A stretch of 64,000 nt of DNA from a virus (IMGVR_UViG_3300013936_000023:10757-74756); one strand, 5' to 3'. Positions 1-10,452 are shown, numbered from the stretch's first letter. Notes: generated from the sequence alone by a model not told the origin. A program made the numbers and translations.

Positions 1-383
1 TACTTCTTCACCACAGCATCAAGTTGTTCCTGATATTTTGGAAGAGCCTTGACAATCTGAGCCAGAGCACGTTTAGTAGACTCCGTATATTCAATAGCTT
101 CATAGACGCTAAACAGGTTCTTGATTTCGCCCATAACCTCGTTGATTAAACCGCTCTGCAACAGCGCATCATGGCCAATCTCCTCCAGCTTTTCGGTCGG
201 AATGTCCGTAGCAAACGCCAGCACGCACATATCAATATTCTGCTCTCGTTCAGCCCAGCCATCCAGTTCCTTGACGCCGTTGACAATCGCCTGAATCTGC
301 GCATACGTCAGATATGGATTGACGCGCACATCATACGCCTCAAGGTACTTAGGCTCAATAGCCTTGATTTCTTTCATATCCAT
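1..383 (-). CDS. partial tail-region hypothetical protein (runs off window edge)
   Basis: Open frame M(D)MKEIKAIEPKYLEAYDVRVNPYLTYAQIQ... after SD GAAAGGAAC; no stop before position 1. Confidence 0.6.
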   Translation of the reverse strand, partial: MDMKEIKAIEPKYLEAYDVRVNPYLTYAQIQAIVNGVKELDGWAEREQNIDMCVLAFATDIPTEKLEEIGHDALLQSGLINEVMGEIKNLFSVYEAIEYTESTKRALAQIVKALPKYQEQLDAVVKK

Positions 384-399
384 TTGTTCCTTTCATTCA

Positions 400-801
400 T
401 TAAAATTTCACATATTGTGACGCCCACATCATACCCAAACCAGCCATCACGCAGAGCCACGGCCAATTCTTCTTGACCCATTCACGGATGTCAAATTTGC
501 CTGCATCCTCAATCTTTGAAACTTTAGTCTCAACTGCCGTCAGCTTTGTATTCACAGCGGCATTGGCCGTCTCTGATGCTTGTTTCATCTCTTTGATCTC
601 TTCGGCTTGGGTATCCATTTTATCGTTGAGCTTGACCATAGACATCTGTACGTCCTTCATGGTCTCGGCAAGCACCTCATTGCTCTTTACGCTTCGAGCG
701 ATAAGGTCTTGCAGGAATGGGCGAGTAGATTCGAGCGCGGTGATGCGGTGGTCATGGTCATCCAGACGACCATAAATCTTGCCGATATCGCCATCTGCCA
801 T
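400..801 (-). CDS. coiled-coil protein with C-terminal membrane anchor (XhlA/holin-like)
   Basis: Heptad-rich 133 aa with hydrophobic C-terminus WPWLCVMAGLGMMW. Confidence 0.55.
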   Translation of the reverse strand: MADGDIGKIYGRLDDHDHRITALESTRPFLQDLIARSVKSNEVLAETMKDVQMSMVKLNDKMDTQAEEIKEMKQASETANAAVNTKLTAVETKVSKIEDAGKFDIREWVKKNWPWLCVMAGLGMMWASQYVKF

Positions 802-811
802 TTTCTTTCCC

Positions 812-1108
812 TCACTCTCTGAGTTTATATTCGCCGGATTTTAATTTCCTCACGCGGACACAAAGAGGTGTATGGTCAAATGGGTTCTTGACGCGGATTG
901 TTTGCTCGCCAAGGTCTACATACAACCAACCCTTGCGCTCTTCACGAACGCGGCAATATCCTGCTGGGATGTCCACGTCGCGCTTAACCTTGCAATCGGT
1001 CGGCATATAGTTGTTAGCTCGCCATGTTCCCGTTTGAGGACATAAGTACATCCACGGGCAAGCCTCCTTGGTGATGCGGCAAACATTCTGGTCTACATAT
1101 TCGCACAT
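812..1108 (-). CDS. Cys-rich hypothetical protein
   Basis: ORF restarted at ATG 1108 after SD GAGGTG; MCEYVDQNVCRITKEACPWMYLCP. Confidence 0.6.
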   Translation of the reverse strand: MCEYVDQNVCRITKEACPWMYLCPQTGTWRANNYMPTDCKVKRDVDIPAGYCRVREERKGWLYVDLGEQTIRVKNPFDHTPLCVRVRKLKSGEYKLRE

Positions 1109-1138
1109 CCTATTCACCTCAAATTTTTTCTTAAAAAA

Positions 1139-1172
1139 ATAGGGTAAGCAATGCAAAGATTACTTACCCTAT
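1139..1172 (-). terminator. rho-independent terminator after major tail gene
   Basis: ATAGGGTAAG/CTTACCCTAT stem followed by T-run on - strand. Confidence 0.75.
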
Positions 1173-1178
1173 AATTTA

Positions 1179-2243
1179 TCAGGTCACGCTCACGTAAGCA
1201 AACGCCTGAGGAACATTGGCATAACCAGTAAGGGTGATACCAATGACAGTTTTGCCAGCAGAGCCAGCGGCGGTCACAACACCAGAAGTGCTGACGGTAG
1301 AATCACCCTCGAGCACCGTAAAGGTGAAGTTGAAGTTGTCTTTACGCTGGGACGCAACAGAGCCACCATAGACAACGCGCATGACGAGCGTTTCAGTCTC
1401 ACCAGTGCCGAGTTCAATGTCGCCATTTTCGGGCGCAATGAACTGCACCGAGTCCTGCCACTTAGCACCATAAACCTGCTCGGTCATCGTGCCGTAAGAA
1501 GCGTCAGCAGTGCAACCCTCGGACGCAACATAGCGCAGAGCCGTACCAGTGAGCTGAGTGGGCGCAGAGCTGGTTGCATTGAGCGTGAGGTCTTGAGACG
1601 GGTCAAGGCCAAGACGCGGAATATCGGTGATGAGACGGCCAACCTTGGACGCAGAAGCATCGGCGTTGATATCGGCGTTGTACAGATCGTTCAGCAGAAC
1701 GATATGCAGCTCCTCGGGCGCAAAGTCCGCAGGAATCGCCATCATGCGAGCATTCTCATCCATGTATGGGTACTTGATGCAGTACACATCGCCAGCGTTT
1801 GCGCCAGCAACAGCAAGGTAATACCTGCCACCAGTCTCGGTGATAGCACCAATAGACCAACCAGCATCAGCGGGCTTCTTATACCAGCCAATCATCGTAC
1901 CGTTGAACGCGGCGGGCTTATTCTTGAGTTCAATCTGACCAGTGGCGACAACAGTCTCGCCAGCGCCAGTGGATTCATAGAAGCTCGTGCCGCCCTGCTC
2001 AATGGTCGCGCCAAGCGACCACGCCAGATACTCCAACTTGAAGGTCGCGTTGGTGATAGTCACGTTCAGAGTGCTATCAGAGAACCAACGGCCAAGCAGG
2101 GGGTTGGACGTACCGCCACGAACCTCGTTGGGAGAGGCACTGAAAGAGAACGTGTTCTCGGTCAGGGTGTTACCCACACCGACAAACTCGTTGCCTCTGA
2201 AAATCAGGGCAGTGCCAACATTAGCAAGAAATTTTTCTGCCAT
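1179..2243 (-). CDS. major tail protein with C-terminal Ig-like extension
   Basis: 354 aa, beta-rich, downstream of neck genes, followed by a terminator. Confidence 0.7.
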   Translation of the reverse strand: MAEKFLANVGTALIFRGNEFVGVGNTLTENTFSFSASPNEVRGGTSNPLLGRWFSDSTLNVTITNATFKLEYLAWSLGATIEQGGTSFYESTGAGETVVATGQIELKNKPAAFNGTMIGWYKKPADAGWSIGAITETGGRYYLAVAGANAGDVYCIKYPYMDENARMMAIPADFAPEELHIVLLNDLYNADINADASASKVGRLITDIPRLGLDPSQDLTLNATSSAPTQLTGTALRYVASEGCTADASYGTMTEQVYGAKWQDSVQFIAPENGDIELGTGETETLVMRVVYGGSVASQRKDNFNFTFTVLEGDSTVSTSGVVTAAGSAGKTVIGITLTGYANVPQAFAYVSVT

Positions 2244-2261
2244 GAAATATTTTCCTCCTTG

Positions 2262-3080
2262 TTACAAATTATTTTGTTGCAAGAGCTGTTCGGCGTGGCT
2301 TGAACCATCGCCAATCGCAACATCGGCAACGCTACCATCGCCGCCAAACGACGCTTTGTATTTGCCCATGCTCGTCATATATCCATCATACTTACCCCTC
2401 TTGCGCGGATAAATCCAATGGTCAACCTCCTTGCCAGCATACATAGTGATGGCGCGAGTTGTTTCAAAATCAACCTCGCCAGAACATTCCTCAAACACCC
2501 CTTGATGTTCTCTAAACGTCATCTTCATCTGTTCTTGCTTTGACAGCCCAGTATGCGCCGTGATAATATACATCTTGCGCTCAAGCGTCGGGAACTCTCG
2601 ATTGAAATTTTTGACAGAATCCGTAAGCTCCATAGTCTTCTTGAACTCTGGATTGACATAAGAATCATCATAGTGTAAAATGTTCTGGTATAAAATAATC
2701 TTGGTAAGCTCGTCAAATTGCTTGGCCGATAATGTCAGGTCATGCGTCCTGTCAACAAGCACCAGCTTGCCGCGCTCATTCGCCGTTACAGCCCAATCGT
2801 TAATACCGCAGTAGGACAAGATGTTTGTCAACTTGTCCTCAAGGTATTCATCATCCGGCTTTATGACTTTGACGAGATATTCCAGATATGACATCTGAAT
2901 AATCTCGACAGATGGTGACGAATTCTTGTCATGTTGCAAAATGTCTATGCTCGCCAAGAAAGTTTCGGCCTCCTCAAGCATGATTGGGCGAATCGTGATG
3001 ACCTTATCCTGAACCACATATGGAACAGGCTTGTCAAACGCGAAGTACGCCCTGCGCAGGAAGTCAATATTAACCGCCAT
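2262..3080 (-). CDS. hypothetical virion morphogenesis protein
   Basis: Long ORF between tail completion gene and major tail gene; start uncertain (3080 or 3107). Confidence 0.55.
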   Translation of the reverse strand: MAVNIDFLRRAYFAFDKPVPYVVQDKVITIRPIMLEEAETFLASIDILQHDKNSSPSVEIIQMSYLEYLVKVIKPDDEYLEDKLTNILSYCGINDWAVTANERGKLVLVDRTHDLTLSAKQFDELTKIILYQNILHYDDSYVNPEFKKTMELTDSVKNFNREFPTLERKMYIITAHTGLSKQEQMKMTFREHQGVFEECSGEVDFETTRAITMYAGKEVDHWIYPRKRGKYDGYMTSMGKYKASFGGDGSVADVAIGDGSSHAEQLLQQNNL

Positions 3081-3645
3081 TGCAATCAGCTCGCTTGCCA
3101 GTATCACCCGCCATCACGCCCATAAGCAGTTGAACGCCCGTAAAGGTGCGCTCATTGCCAATGACGGATTTTGCGGCGCAATATCTCGACATATCATCCA
3201 GCCACGTCAGCTTGCCAACACCGCCAACATAAGCGCCATTAAGGACGGTCAGCATGATGTTGATAAACAAATCGCCGCGACTGACAGGGATTCCATTGTA
3301 TTCCACAAGGCTCATCTGACCCCCATAAAGAAAATCAAAGGCGTACACAATGTTCGCCTGATACATCTCCTTTGGCGCGTCATAATAGTTGTAAACCTTG
3401 AGGATACACTTGCTCATAGGGATGGCGTCTTCAATGAGGTTGGTAAAGAACACGCCATATTTCTCCTGCTGGCCAGTTTTCCATAACAGCCCAAGTTTTT
3501 CTTTGAGCGTCAGGTTTGGCTTGGACAGCGCATCATAGCCGTTGTACTTGAGGAGCTTCCACAAGTTCTCGGCGTCGGAAGATGTCGCCAGATATGTCAG
3601 GATATTGTAAGGAATAGAGGGTAACGCCGATAAACTATTGTACAT
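3070..3645 (-). CDS. putative tail completion/terminator protein
   Basis: 191 aa; synteny in head-tail joining block. Confidence 0.5.
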   Translation of the reverse strand: MYNSLSALPSIPYNILTYLATSSDAENLWKLLKYNGYDALSKPNLTLKEKLGLLWKTGQQEKYGVFFTNLIEDAIPMSKCILKVYNYYDAPKEMYQANIVYAFDFLYGGQMSLVEYNGIPVSRGDLFINIMLTVLNGAYVGGVGKLTWLDDMSRYCAAKSVIGNERTFTGVQLLMGVMAGDTGKRADCNGG

Positions 3646-4445
3646 CAGTCGCCACCTCCCAATTTGCCAACATTGTCCAGAATCTTGTCGACGTCATCAT
3701 CGCCAGAGTAATCTGCCGACGAATTATCCGCAAGCTGGCTGGCAATATCATCCCCATCGTGAATCTCGTCGAGATACAAGTCGAGATACAGCAGGGTATC
3801 GTAGTCTGTACTCAAGTCTGGATTCAAAGCATTCTGATATGCCCACAGCTTGAATGGGCGACCGCCAAGGATATACCGAGTGTTAAGCTTGAACAGCCTC
3901 AGCGTATCAGCATTGCCTTGCACCATCACCGTAGCGTGGTTGTTGGGTGTCAGCAGATACGTGGTCACACGGGCATTCGGCGCTTGCATATCGTAATCAA
4001 CAACGCATGGCGCACTAAACACCTCACCCGTAGTGGGGTCGATGATGCGCAGAGCGTTATTGCAACGGCGAATCGCCACGTCCTGCGACAGACCCGTGAA
4101 CTGGTTGTAAGCATGGACAATCCACCAGCTATTGTCAAACTTGTAATACAAGCCGCGAACGCTGGTCTTGTCAATGCTCCTGAAGACGAGCTTCATGAAA
4201 TCCTTGGTATCTTTAAGGCCAGTGCTCGTATCAGCCACGGTTGGCTTGACCCAAGCCTCAATAGCCTGATATTCAGCAGAGCCGATTCCCTGCTGTTCAA
4301 GGATTTCGCCGCCATTCTCAGGCGTCTTAGCCGAGGTATTTGTCCATTCCTCATCAATGAACGACTGTTGGTTTGCGCGATACAGGTCGTTCGGCGTGGC
4401 GTTCATAATGGTGTCGGATGCAAATTCAAAAAAATCAAACGGCAT
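3645..4445 (-). CDS. putative head closure/neck protein
   Basis: ~266 aa with YYKFDNSWWIV...RRCN pattern; synteny. Confidence 0.55.
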   Translation of the reverse strand: MPFDFFEFASDTIMNATPNDLYRANQQSFIDEEWTNTSAKTPENGGEILEQQGIGSAEYQAIEAWVKPTVADTSTGLKDTKDFMKLVFRSIDKTSVRGLYYKFDNSWWIVHAYNQFTGLSQDVAIRRCNNALRIIDPTTGEVFSAPCVVDYDMQAPNARVTTYLLTPNNHATVMVQGNADTLRLFKLNTRYILGGRPFKLWAYQNALNPDLSTDYDTLLYLDLYLDEIHDGDDIASQLADNSSADYSGDDDVDKILDNVGKLGGGD

Positions 4446-4704
4446 CGCTTTCACCATCCTTATCCAGCACATGAATCATGTGGAACACCGCGCGACGAAC
4501 TTGGTCGTGGTCAGCATCCTGCCCGAGCGCTTCTAAGCCGCGAACCATTGAAGTCATGCCATCATCAATGCCCGCAACCATGACGCTCAGGCGGCTCAGG
4601 TACGCAAGATACGCCCTATAAACCATCTCGGATTGCGTCTCCACGACCTCTTCATACATCGGCAAGATTTTGTAGACGGCGGCAATAGCCTTATCCTTGT
4701 TCAT
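4435..4704 (-). CDS. hypothetical protein
   Basis: 89 aa ORF with SD GGTGGTGAG, tightly packed in operon. Confidence 0.55.
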   Translation of the reverse strand: MNKDKAIAAVYKILPMYEEVVETQSEMVYRAYLAYLSRLSVMVAGIDDGMTSMVRGLEALGQDADHDQVRRAVFHMIHVLDKDGESDAV

Positions 4705-4716
4705 CTCACCACCACC

Positions 4717-5148
4717 TTAAAATTCATAGGCGGCAATGTCGAGCAAGAGATAATCCTGCGTCGCTCTATCCACTTCCTCGCGCAACTTGTCGATGATATT
4801 TTGCTTTTCCTTAAAGTTCTGCGCCTCAGAGTTGAACGTAAACGCCGAACTAACCTTGAGCTTTAAGGCAATCTGAGCGGCGTTGTTCGTCTCACGTTCC
4901 CACCATGCAATAACCCAGTAGCGCGAGAGGATGTAAACCTCAAGCACCGTCAGGTCGGCATTGAAAGAACGCGCAACATCGTCATAGGCAAGGTCTTGAC
5001 GGCATTCCGTGAACTGAGCCACGGCGTTCATCAAAAGACCGTCGCAGAACTTTTTGAATTTTTCCTCGCTCTGGTCAAACAGCTTGCCGAGCTTATAGTC
5101 CGATACAACCGTAAGAGCGAGGTCTTCGATTTTGTCAAAGGGAGTTAT
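4717..5148 (-). CDS. putative head-tail adaptor protein (probable ATA start)
   Basis: Frame of ORF 4717..5034 stays open to ATA at 5148 (MTPFDKIEDLALTVVSDYKL...), 9 nt after AAGGAG. Confidence 0.55.
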   Translation of the reverse strand: MTPFDKIEDLALTVVSDYKLGKLFDQSEEKFKKFCDGLLMNAVAQFTECRQDLAYDDVARSFNADLTVLEVYILSRYWVIAWWERETNNAAQIALKLKVSSAFTFNSEAQNFKEKQNIIDKLREEVDRATQDYLLLDIAAYEF

Positions 5149-5154
5149 ATCTCA

Positions 5155-5784
5155 TCACTCCTTCGCGGTTTCGTCTTCGTCAGGCTCGATAAGCATCAAG
5201 TCTTTGCCGCAAAGTTTACCAATCTCGATGGCCGCATTCGCATCAACAAACTGGCCGCGTTCCTTGCGAGAACAAATCATGTCAACGATGATTTGCTTCT
5301 GTGCCGCGTTGACCATCTTATACGTCTCAATGATAGTCTTGCCATCCTTGTCCAGCAGTTCTCTTAGCGCCTTTTCGTCAAGCAGATTGGCGTAAACATC
5401 CGTGAGATTATGCTCCTCAGCAAAGTCCTTGTCGGCGATATACACCGCGCCAGAATTGATAAGGTTCGTCATATTCTCAACGATGATGCTCGCCTCTTTC
5501 TCGGCGAAGTCACGATGATTGAACTGGCCGTCAATACGCCACATCACAGTGCCGCGCAGAACAATCGAGCCATTGGTCAGGTTGACAAAGCGAATGCGCT
5601 TGTCTTTCTTTGCGCTACGATTTTCTGTTTCAGGCTTTGCAGACATCATCTGGGCCATAAGCGCCATCTGAGCCTTCAGCTCTTCAAGTTGGGCTTTCAG
5701 GTCATCATTTTCTTTCTTGATGTCCTCAGCGGGCGTCTCAACTACTTCGGCAACCTTTGCGGTTTCACTCTTGGTTCTTGCCAT
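5155..5784 (-). CDS. hypothetical virion-associated protein
   Basis: 209 aa with strong SD AAAGGAG, directly downstream of capsid gene. Confidence 0.6.
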   Translation of the reverse strand: MARTKSETAKVAEVVETPAEDIKKENDDLKAQLEELKAQMALMAQMMSAKPETENRSAKKDKRIRFVNLTNGSIVLRGTVMWRIDGQFNHRDFAEKEASIIVENMTNLINSGAVYIADKDFAEEHNLTDVYANLLDEKALRELLDKDGKTIIETYKMVNAAQKQIIVDMICSRKERGQFVDANAAIEIGKLCGKDLMLIEPDEDETAKE

Positions 5785-5825
5785 TTTTATAATCTCCTTT
5801 TATTCCATTCATTCAGATTTTGAAA

Positions 5826-5852
5826 TAAGAGGGGCGCGAAGCCCCTCTATAT
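5826..5852 (-). terminator. terminator-like hairpin after major capsid gene
   Basis: AGAGGGGC-TTCGC-GCCCCTCT followed by TATTT. Confidence 0.65.
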
Positions 5853-5858
5853 TTCAAA

Positions 5859-6899
5859 TTAGTCGCTGATAGTATACACGCCAGCTTTCGCAGCGGAGGC
5901 GAAAACGAAATCCCAACCCTTACGATAGGTGAAGTTGGAAGTCAGGTCAGCATTGTCAAAGTGCTGGTTGGTGTTGGTCATGGCGGTGGTCATGACGCCC
6001 TTAACGAGCTTATCAACAGACGGGCTGATGACGTAAACCTTGTTGGCGGGCAGAACGAGCTTGCCGTCCGCACCAACAGCATTGGTCAGGCGCATGACGG
6101 GGAAGTCGAGCACGTTGTTAAGGATTTCGATAGAGCCACCCTCGCCGTTGATGTTCATACGGTAGCCAGTAGCGCTGTCAGGGAGAACCTTGAGCAGAGC
6201 AGCGGCAGAACCGATGATGTAGGGGCGAACGCCGCCATTGAGGGCCTGAACGGTCTCAGCCATCTCGACCAGAGAGGTGATATCCATAGCACCAGTCTTG
6301 TTGAGGTCGCCAGCAGGAATCGCGGCGATACCAGTGTTAAGGGCACTGACGGCATCCTTATACATGGCAGACTCAACAGAGGTCAGGAGCAGGCCCATGA
6401 AATCAGCGATGCTCTCCTTGCCAGCGAGGACACGGTAAAGGTCGCTGTAGATGGTGACGATATGCTCGACAGGAGCCACGACGATATCGGACTCAGACTT
6501 CTTCTGACGGAAAGTGGTACGCTGGCCATTAGCGGTCAGGGACACAGTGTAGAAGCTGCGAGGCATAATCTTGAACTTCACAACATCGCCGATACCAGCG
6601 GTGCGGAAATCAGCAAAGACGCTGAACTGGGGCAGGATGACCTGCGGCAGAATAGCGTTGATGGTCGCGTCGATGATGGCGAACGCAGCCCACTGGGTGG
6701 ACGGATGGGCAATCCAAGCGTCAACAGCATTGTCCTTGCGGGACACGCCAGACTTGCGCTCAACCTCGGCGAACCAAGCATCCTGCATCAGAGCCTTGTT
6801 CTCAGCAGTCTGCTTCTTGTCGCAGAAATAGGACATAGCCGCTTCATAGAAGTCGGTGTTCTCGCCAGCAAAGGCGATAAGGTCTTTATTCATAAGCAT
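5859..6899 (-). CDS. major capsid protein
   Basis: ~346 aa (start MLMNKDL after GAAAGGAG); strong codon bias; position after protease and decoration gene. Confidence 0.8.
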   Translation of the reverse strand: MLMNKDLIAFAGENTDFYEAAMSYFCDKKQTAENKALMQDAWFAEVERKSGVSRKDNAVDAWIAHPSTQWAAFAIIDATINAILPQVILPQFSVFADFRTAGIGDVVKFKIMPRSFYTVSLTANGQRTTFRQKKSESDIVVAPVEHIVTIYSDLYRVLAGKESIADFMGLLLTSVESAMYKDAVSALNTGIAAIPAGDLNKTGAMDITSLVEMAETVQALNGGVRPYIIGSAAALLKVLPDSATGYRMNINGEGGSIEILNNVLDFPVMRLTNAVGADGKLVLPANKVYVISPSVDKLVKGVMTTAMTNTNQHFDNADLTSNFTYRKGWDFVFASAAKAGVYTISD

Positions 6900-6928
6900 A
6901 GTATATTTTCTCCTTTCTACAAATTTCT

Positions 6929-7468
6929 TTACGCGTTCTTCATGCAACGCAGGACAGCGGTCTTGACAACGTCAGCGCCGCACTCAATCTCGTGCAGACC
7001 CTCAACGCGGAAGGTAGCACCAGAGGCAACAGACGCAGCAGGGGTAGCGAACTTGCCGTTGGCAGCAACGCCACAGAGCTGGCCAACCTGAGCCTGAGTG
7101 GGAAGGACGCCAGTCTGGAACGCCATAGCGTCAACCTCGATGCAGTCAAAGCCAGCAACGATGCCCTTGATGTCCATGGGCTTACCGGCGACGTTATAGA
7201 ACTCGCGGATGTCGTCGTGAATCTGCATCTCAAGGGTCTTGCCAACCTCAGGGGTGGCGACGAGCCAAACATTCACGGAGTTGGCCGCAGCGGGGGCAAC
7301 CTCATACTGATAGCCAGTGATATCACCGGCGTCGGTCTTTGCGATCTTGGTAAGGGTAACAAGAGTGCCGTTGTCGATGTCAGCAGTAGCATAAACGCCA
7401 GTCATGTTCAGGGCGTCAATATTTTCGCAAGCCATGAACGTAGTATTGCAAATGCCGTGTTTTGCCAT
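6929..7468 (-). CDS. capsid decoration/cement protein
   Basis: 179 aa, beta-rich, between protease and capsid; SPbeta-like synteny. Confidence 0.55.
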   Translation of the reverse strand: MAKHGICNTTFMACENIDALNMTGVYATADIDNGTLVTLTKIAKTDAGDITGYQYEVAPAAANSVNVWLVATPEVGKTLEMQIHDDIREFYNVAGKPMDIKGIVAGFDCIEVDAMAFQTGVLPTQAQVGQLCGVAANGKFATPAASVASGATFRVEGLHEIECGADVVKTAVLRCMKNA

Positions 7469-7498
7469 AATTTTTCAATCTCCTTCTTAAAATATTTT

Positions 7499-8677
7499 TT
7501 AGTGTTGATTTCTCAGGCGAGTCCAAATATCCTCGGACTGCTTGTTCATCTTAGGTTCTTTCGGCATGGCGAACGTAAGCACGCCAGCCTCATCCTTCTT
7601 GACGACCTTCTTGACCTCGCTAAAGCAAGCGGCTTTCACCTTATTGCTCCATGCGTCAAGATTGCCATCGGTGCAAGCCAGACCTTCATCACGGAAGGCG
7701 GCAAACTGATCGTCCGAAACAAACGGACGAACCTCAGCCATCACAGCCTCAACAGCACAAGCCATCTCCTTGGCCATGGCGACCTGCTTGAACTTGCGAA
7801 GTTCCTCAAGCTCGGCGTCTTTCTCCATGATGATATGGTCGCGGTCTTCAACATCCTTAGAGAGTTGGTTAATCTTGGCCATCATCTCATCCTCAGACAT
7901 CTTCTCCTCGCCCTTGTCATCAGGCTCTTCGGATTCCTCGCCATCGGGCTTTTCCTCTTCGAGCTTTTCGTCGCAAGCCATTTCCCCGTCCTGCTTCTCG
8001 GGCTCGGCCATTTCGACGGTAGGCTCTTCGACGACCTCGGTCTGCTCAACCTCGGCCATCTCGATGTTCTTCTCTTCCATCTTTTCCTCCTTTCCGTCAA
8101 ACTTGGAATCAAGCTGACCATGAATTTTCTTGTAGTATCCCTCAGCGTCGCTTTCACTGAATCTCACCAGCTCAATATCGCTATCAGGGCAACTTGGGCG
8201 AACATTCTTGCCAAGAACCGTAATACCCTTAATATCAAACGCCGACGCATCTTCATCATTTTCATCAGCGAACTCAAAGCGAGCCTCAATACTTACAGCA
8301 CGCTCATTGTCCTGCTCAGAGAAGATGTCGTAAAATTCAGCGGCGTAACGCTTGCTGATAATACCGTCCACATATGCCCGCAGATAACCATCGACGTCCT
8401 CTTCAAAGACAACCTCTTGGTCTTGCGGCACAATGCCAACAATATATTCGCCATCCGTATGCGTTGTGGCATCACCAAACTGCACATCGGCAACAATCCA
8501 TTTGCCAAGCGCAGACGGCGAAGACGCCCTCAGAACATCCTCACCAATACCAATGCCATGGCTGTTGGGCTTCGTAGAAATGAACCCAAGCCGCGCAATC
8601 GCGTACTCTTGCTCATCATAATCAGAAAATTCAATCTGCTTGATTTCTTCGACTGCAAACTTAATTTCTTTCTGCAA
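7499..8677 (-). CDS. prohead protease/scaffold protein
   Basis: N-terminal protease-like domain (AVSIEA, FDIKGITVLG...PS) plus acidic coiled-coil C-terminus; TTG start after AAGGAGG. Confidence 0.7.
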   Translation of the reverse strand: MQKEIKFAVEEIKQIEFSDYDEQEYAIARLGFISTKPNSHGIGIGEDVLRASSPSALGKWIVADVQFGDATTHTDGEYIVGIVPQDQEVVFEEDVDGYLRAYVDGIISKRYAAEFYDIFSEQDNERAVSIEARFEFADENDEDASAFDIKGITVLGKNVRPSCPDSDIELVRFSESDAEGYYKKIHGQLDSKFDGKEEKMEEKNIEMAEVEQTEVVEEPTVEMAEPEKQDGEMACDEKLEEEKPDGEESEEPDDKGEEKMSEDEMMAKINQLSKDVEDRDHIIMEKDAELEELRKFKQVAMAKEMACAVEAVMAEVRPFVSDDQFAAFRDEGLACTDGNLDAWSNKVKAACFSEVKKVVKKDEAGVLTFAMPKEPKMNKQSEDIWTRLRNQH

Positions 8678-8712
8678 TCTTTCTCCTCCTTTCCTTAGAA
8701 ATTTGGATTATA

Positions 8713-8880
8713 TTAAAGTTCACCAAGGAACTTCAATAACTTTTGTGTGCGTCTGAAATACAGACAGCCATCATCATCTTTATACAGAGGGATAAATCCA
8801 TGCCGCGTAAGATTGGTGGCTTCATCGCCATCGGCGCAATAGTACGCCGACACATCATCAGGATAGCCTAAAATAATCAT
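8713..8880 (-). CDS. small hypothetical protein (55 aa)
   Basis: MIILGYPDDVSAYYCADG...KFLGEL after SD GAGGT; below the ORF-track cutoff. Confidence 0.55.
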   Translation of the reverse strand: MIILGYPDDVSAYYCADGDEATNLTRHGFIPLYKDDDGCLYFRRTQKLLKFLGEL

Positions 8881-8889
8881 CTCGCTACC

Positions 8890-10452
8890 TCACTGGTCGT
8901 CATTCTGCTGGGCAGATTCCGACTTGTCAACAGAGTCAAGCACTGGACGACCACCGGTACTGCCGCCATCCTTGCTCGTGTTGGCGTTCATCAGCAATTG
9001 CAGATTCTTTGTCCAGCCCGTGTTCTTGCTCGCCATAAGGCTGCGCTCAAACAGCACAGGGTTCATTCCCATAGCAGACGCCCACGCCGAGCTATCAAGG
9101 ACGATACCCTTGTCGGCATACTTGAACATCGTGTCAATGCGTTGCTGACGCTCATAGCGATACGTCGCGCCATCAAACACAAACTGCCACTTAAACTTCT
9201 TGGTCAACTGATTGCCAAAGAACGTCATAAACTTACCGAACTGGTCATAGAGCGGACGCATCGTCTGATACGTTTCATTCTGACCAGCCTCGATCTCGGC
9301 ATTGCTCATACGGTCAGAGCTATAAATGACGCGACTGACATTGCTACCAATCGCCGCCGTAGAGCTGGATTGGTTGCTATACATATCGGGATTCTTGTCC
9401 TCATACTGGAAGAACTTGTTATCAGCAGTAGGCATAGCCACAGCCTTGATAGTCGAAGTTAAACCAGCCTTAACCTTGCCCATGAACGTGCCAAGCGTCT
9501 TCGGGTCTATAGAAAATTGGTTTTTCGTCGTGCCGCTCTTGGCATTATCAAAGAGCTGGATAGCACCAGCCAAGATGCCATATGCCGACACCATATCCTT
9601 GTTCAGTTGAAGTTGCTGAACCTCATCATCCGTGATTGCATTTTTGAGAAGTGGCGCGAGATACGGCGTAGTGTTGAAGTTACTCAGGTCAAATTTGAAC
9701 GCCCAAGCACCATCATCCGGACTCGTCTGCGTCCACATTGCATAAGTACCAATACGGTCGTTGAATGGGTTAGTTGGCCGATAGCTCTCAATGGATTTTG
9801 CCTCAGCCCCAAACACGCGCTGATAGTAGCGCTTAAACGCAGGGTCATAAGCGTCAATGTCAACAGATGGTTGGAGAAAATATGACATATCGAAATCAAA
9901 CAACGGGCCAACATCGCTCATGCCCGTAAGCAAGCATCTGTCCTGCGGCAACATCTGAAGCGCGAACTTCATATTGCCACGATTTCCCCACTTGGTCTTT
10001 CTAAACCACGTATAGTAAACCTCATGGGTCAACAGTTGTTCAACAACTTTGCGGAACTCACCGCGATAGTCAAACTTGAGCAGGAAGTCATCAATGCGGC
10101 GTTTATCCGCAAGATAAGCCTCCGAGCCATAGTCAGAATCCTTGGCATTTACGCAAACAAGCTGGAGGTCAAATGCCAGCGCATTCGCATAGCTCTTGAG
10201 AGTCTTTGCGAAAAGTTGGTCAAATACCTTCATATACTCCATGTAGCCCTGAATCGTATCAGCGCTCTCACGGTAAGTCGCCAGAGCCTTTCGCACGCTT
10301 TCAGAAGTTGCCACTCGTGCATCATTGTTCAAATTCTGCAATAAGCTATTGCTCATAAACGGCGACCATACGCCATATTGTTCACCATAAGCAAGACCCG
10401 CCGCAAAATCCACAATATCTTGCACCTGAGATTTAGTTAAACTCTCTTCCAT
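8890..10452 (-). CDS. portal protein
   Basis: 520 aa between terminase and protease. Confidence 0.75.
   Translation of the reverse strand: MEESLTKSQVQDIVDFAAGLAYGEQYGVWSPFMSNSLLQNLNNDARVATSESVRKALATYRESADTIQGYMEYMKVFDQLFAKTLKSYANALAFDLQLVCVNAKDSDYGSEAYLADKRRIDDFLLKFDYRGEFRKVVEQLLTHEVYYTWFRKTKWGNRGNMKFALQMLPQDRCLLTGMSDVGPLFDFDMSYFLQPSVDIDAYDPAFKRYYQRVFGAEAKSIESYRPTNPFNDRIGTYAMWTQTSPDDGAWAFKFDLSNFNTTPYLAPLLKNAITDDEVQQLQLNKDMVSAYGILAGAIQLFDNAKSGTTKNQFSIDPKTLGTFMGKVKAGLTSTIKAVAMPTADNKFFQYEDKNPDMYSNQSSSTAAIGSNVSRVIYSSDRMSNAEIEAGQNETYQTMRPLYDQFGKFMTFFGNQLTKKFKWQFVFDGATYRYERQQRIDTMFKYADKGIVLDSSAWASAMGMNPVLFERSLMASKNTGWTKNLQLLMNANTSKDGGSTGGRPVLDSVDKSESAQQNDDQ

Noticed and set aside
6992-8698. 568-aa + strand ORF, and similar long antisense ORFs (1593, 3759, 5961, 17300, 62185)
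   Set aside because: Shadow frames opposite strongly codon-biased - strand genes; no SD and no recognisable motifs.
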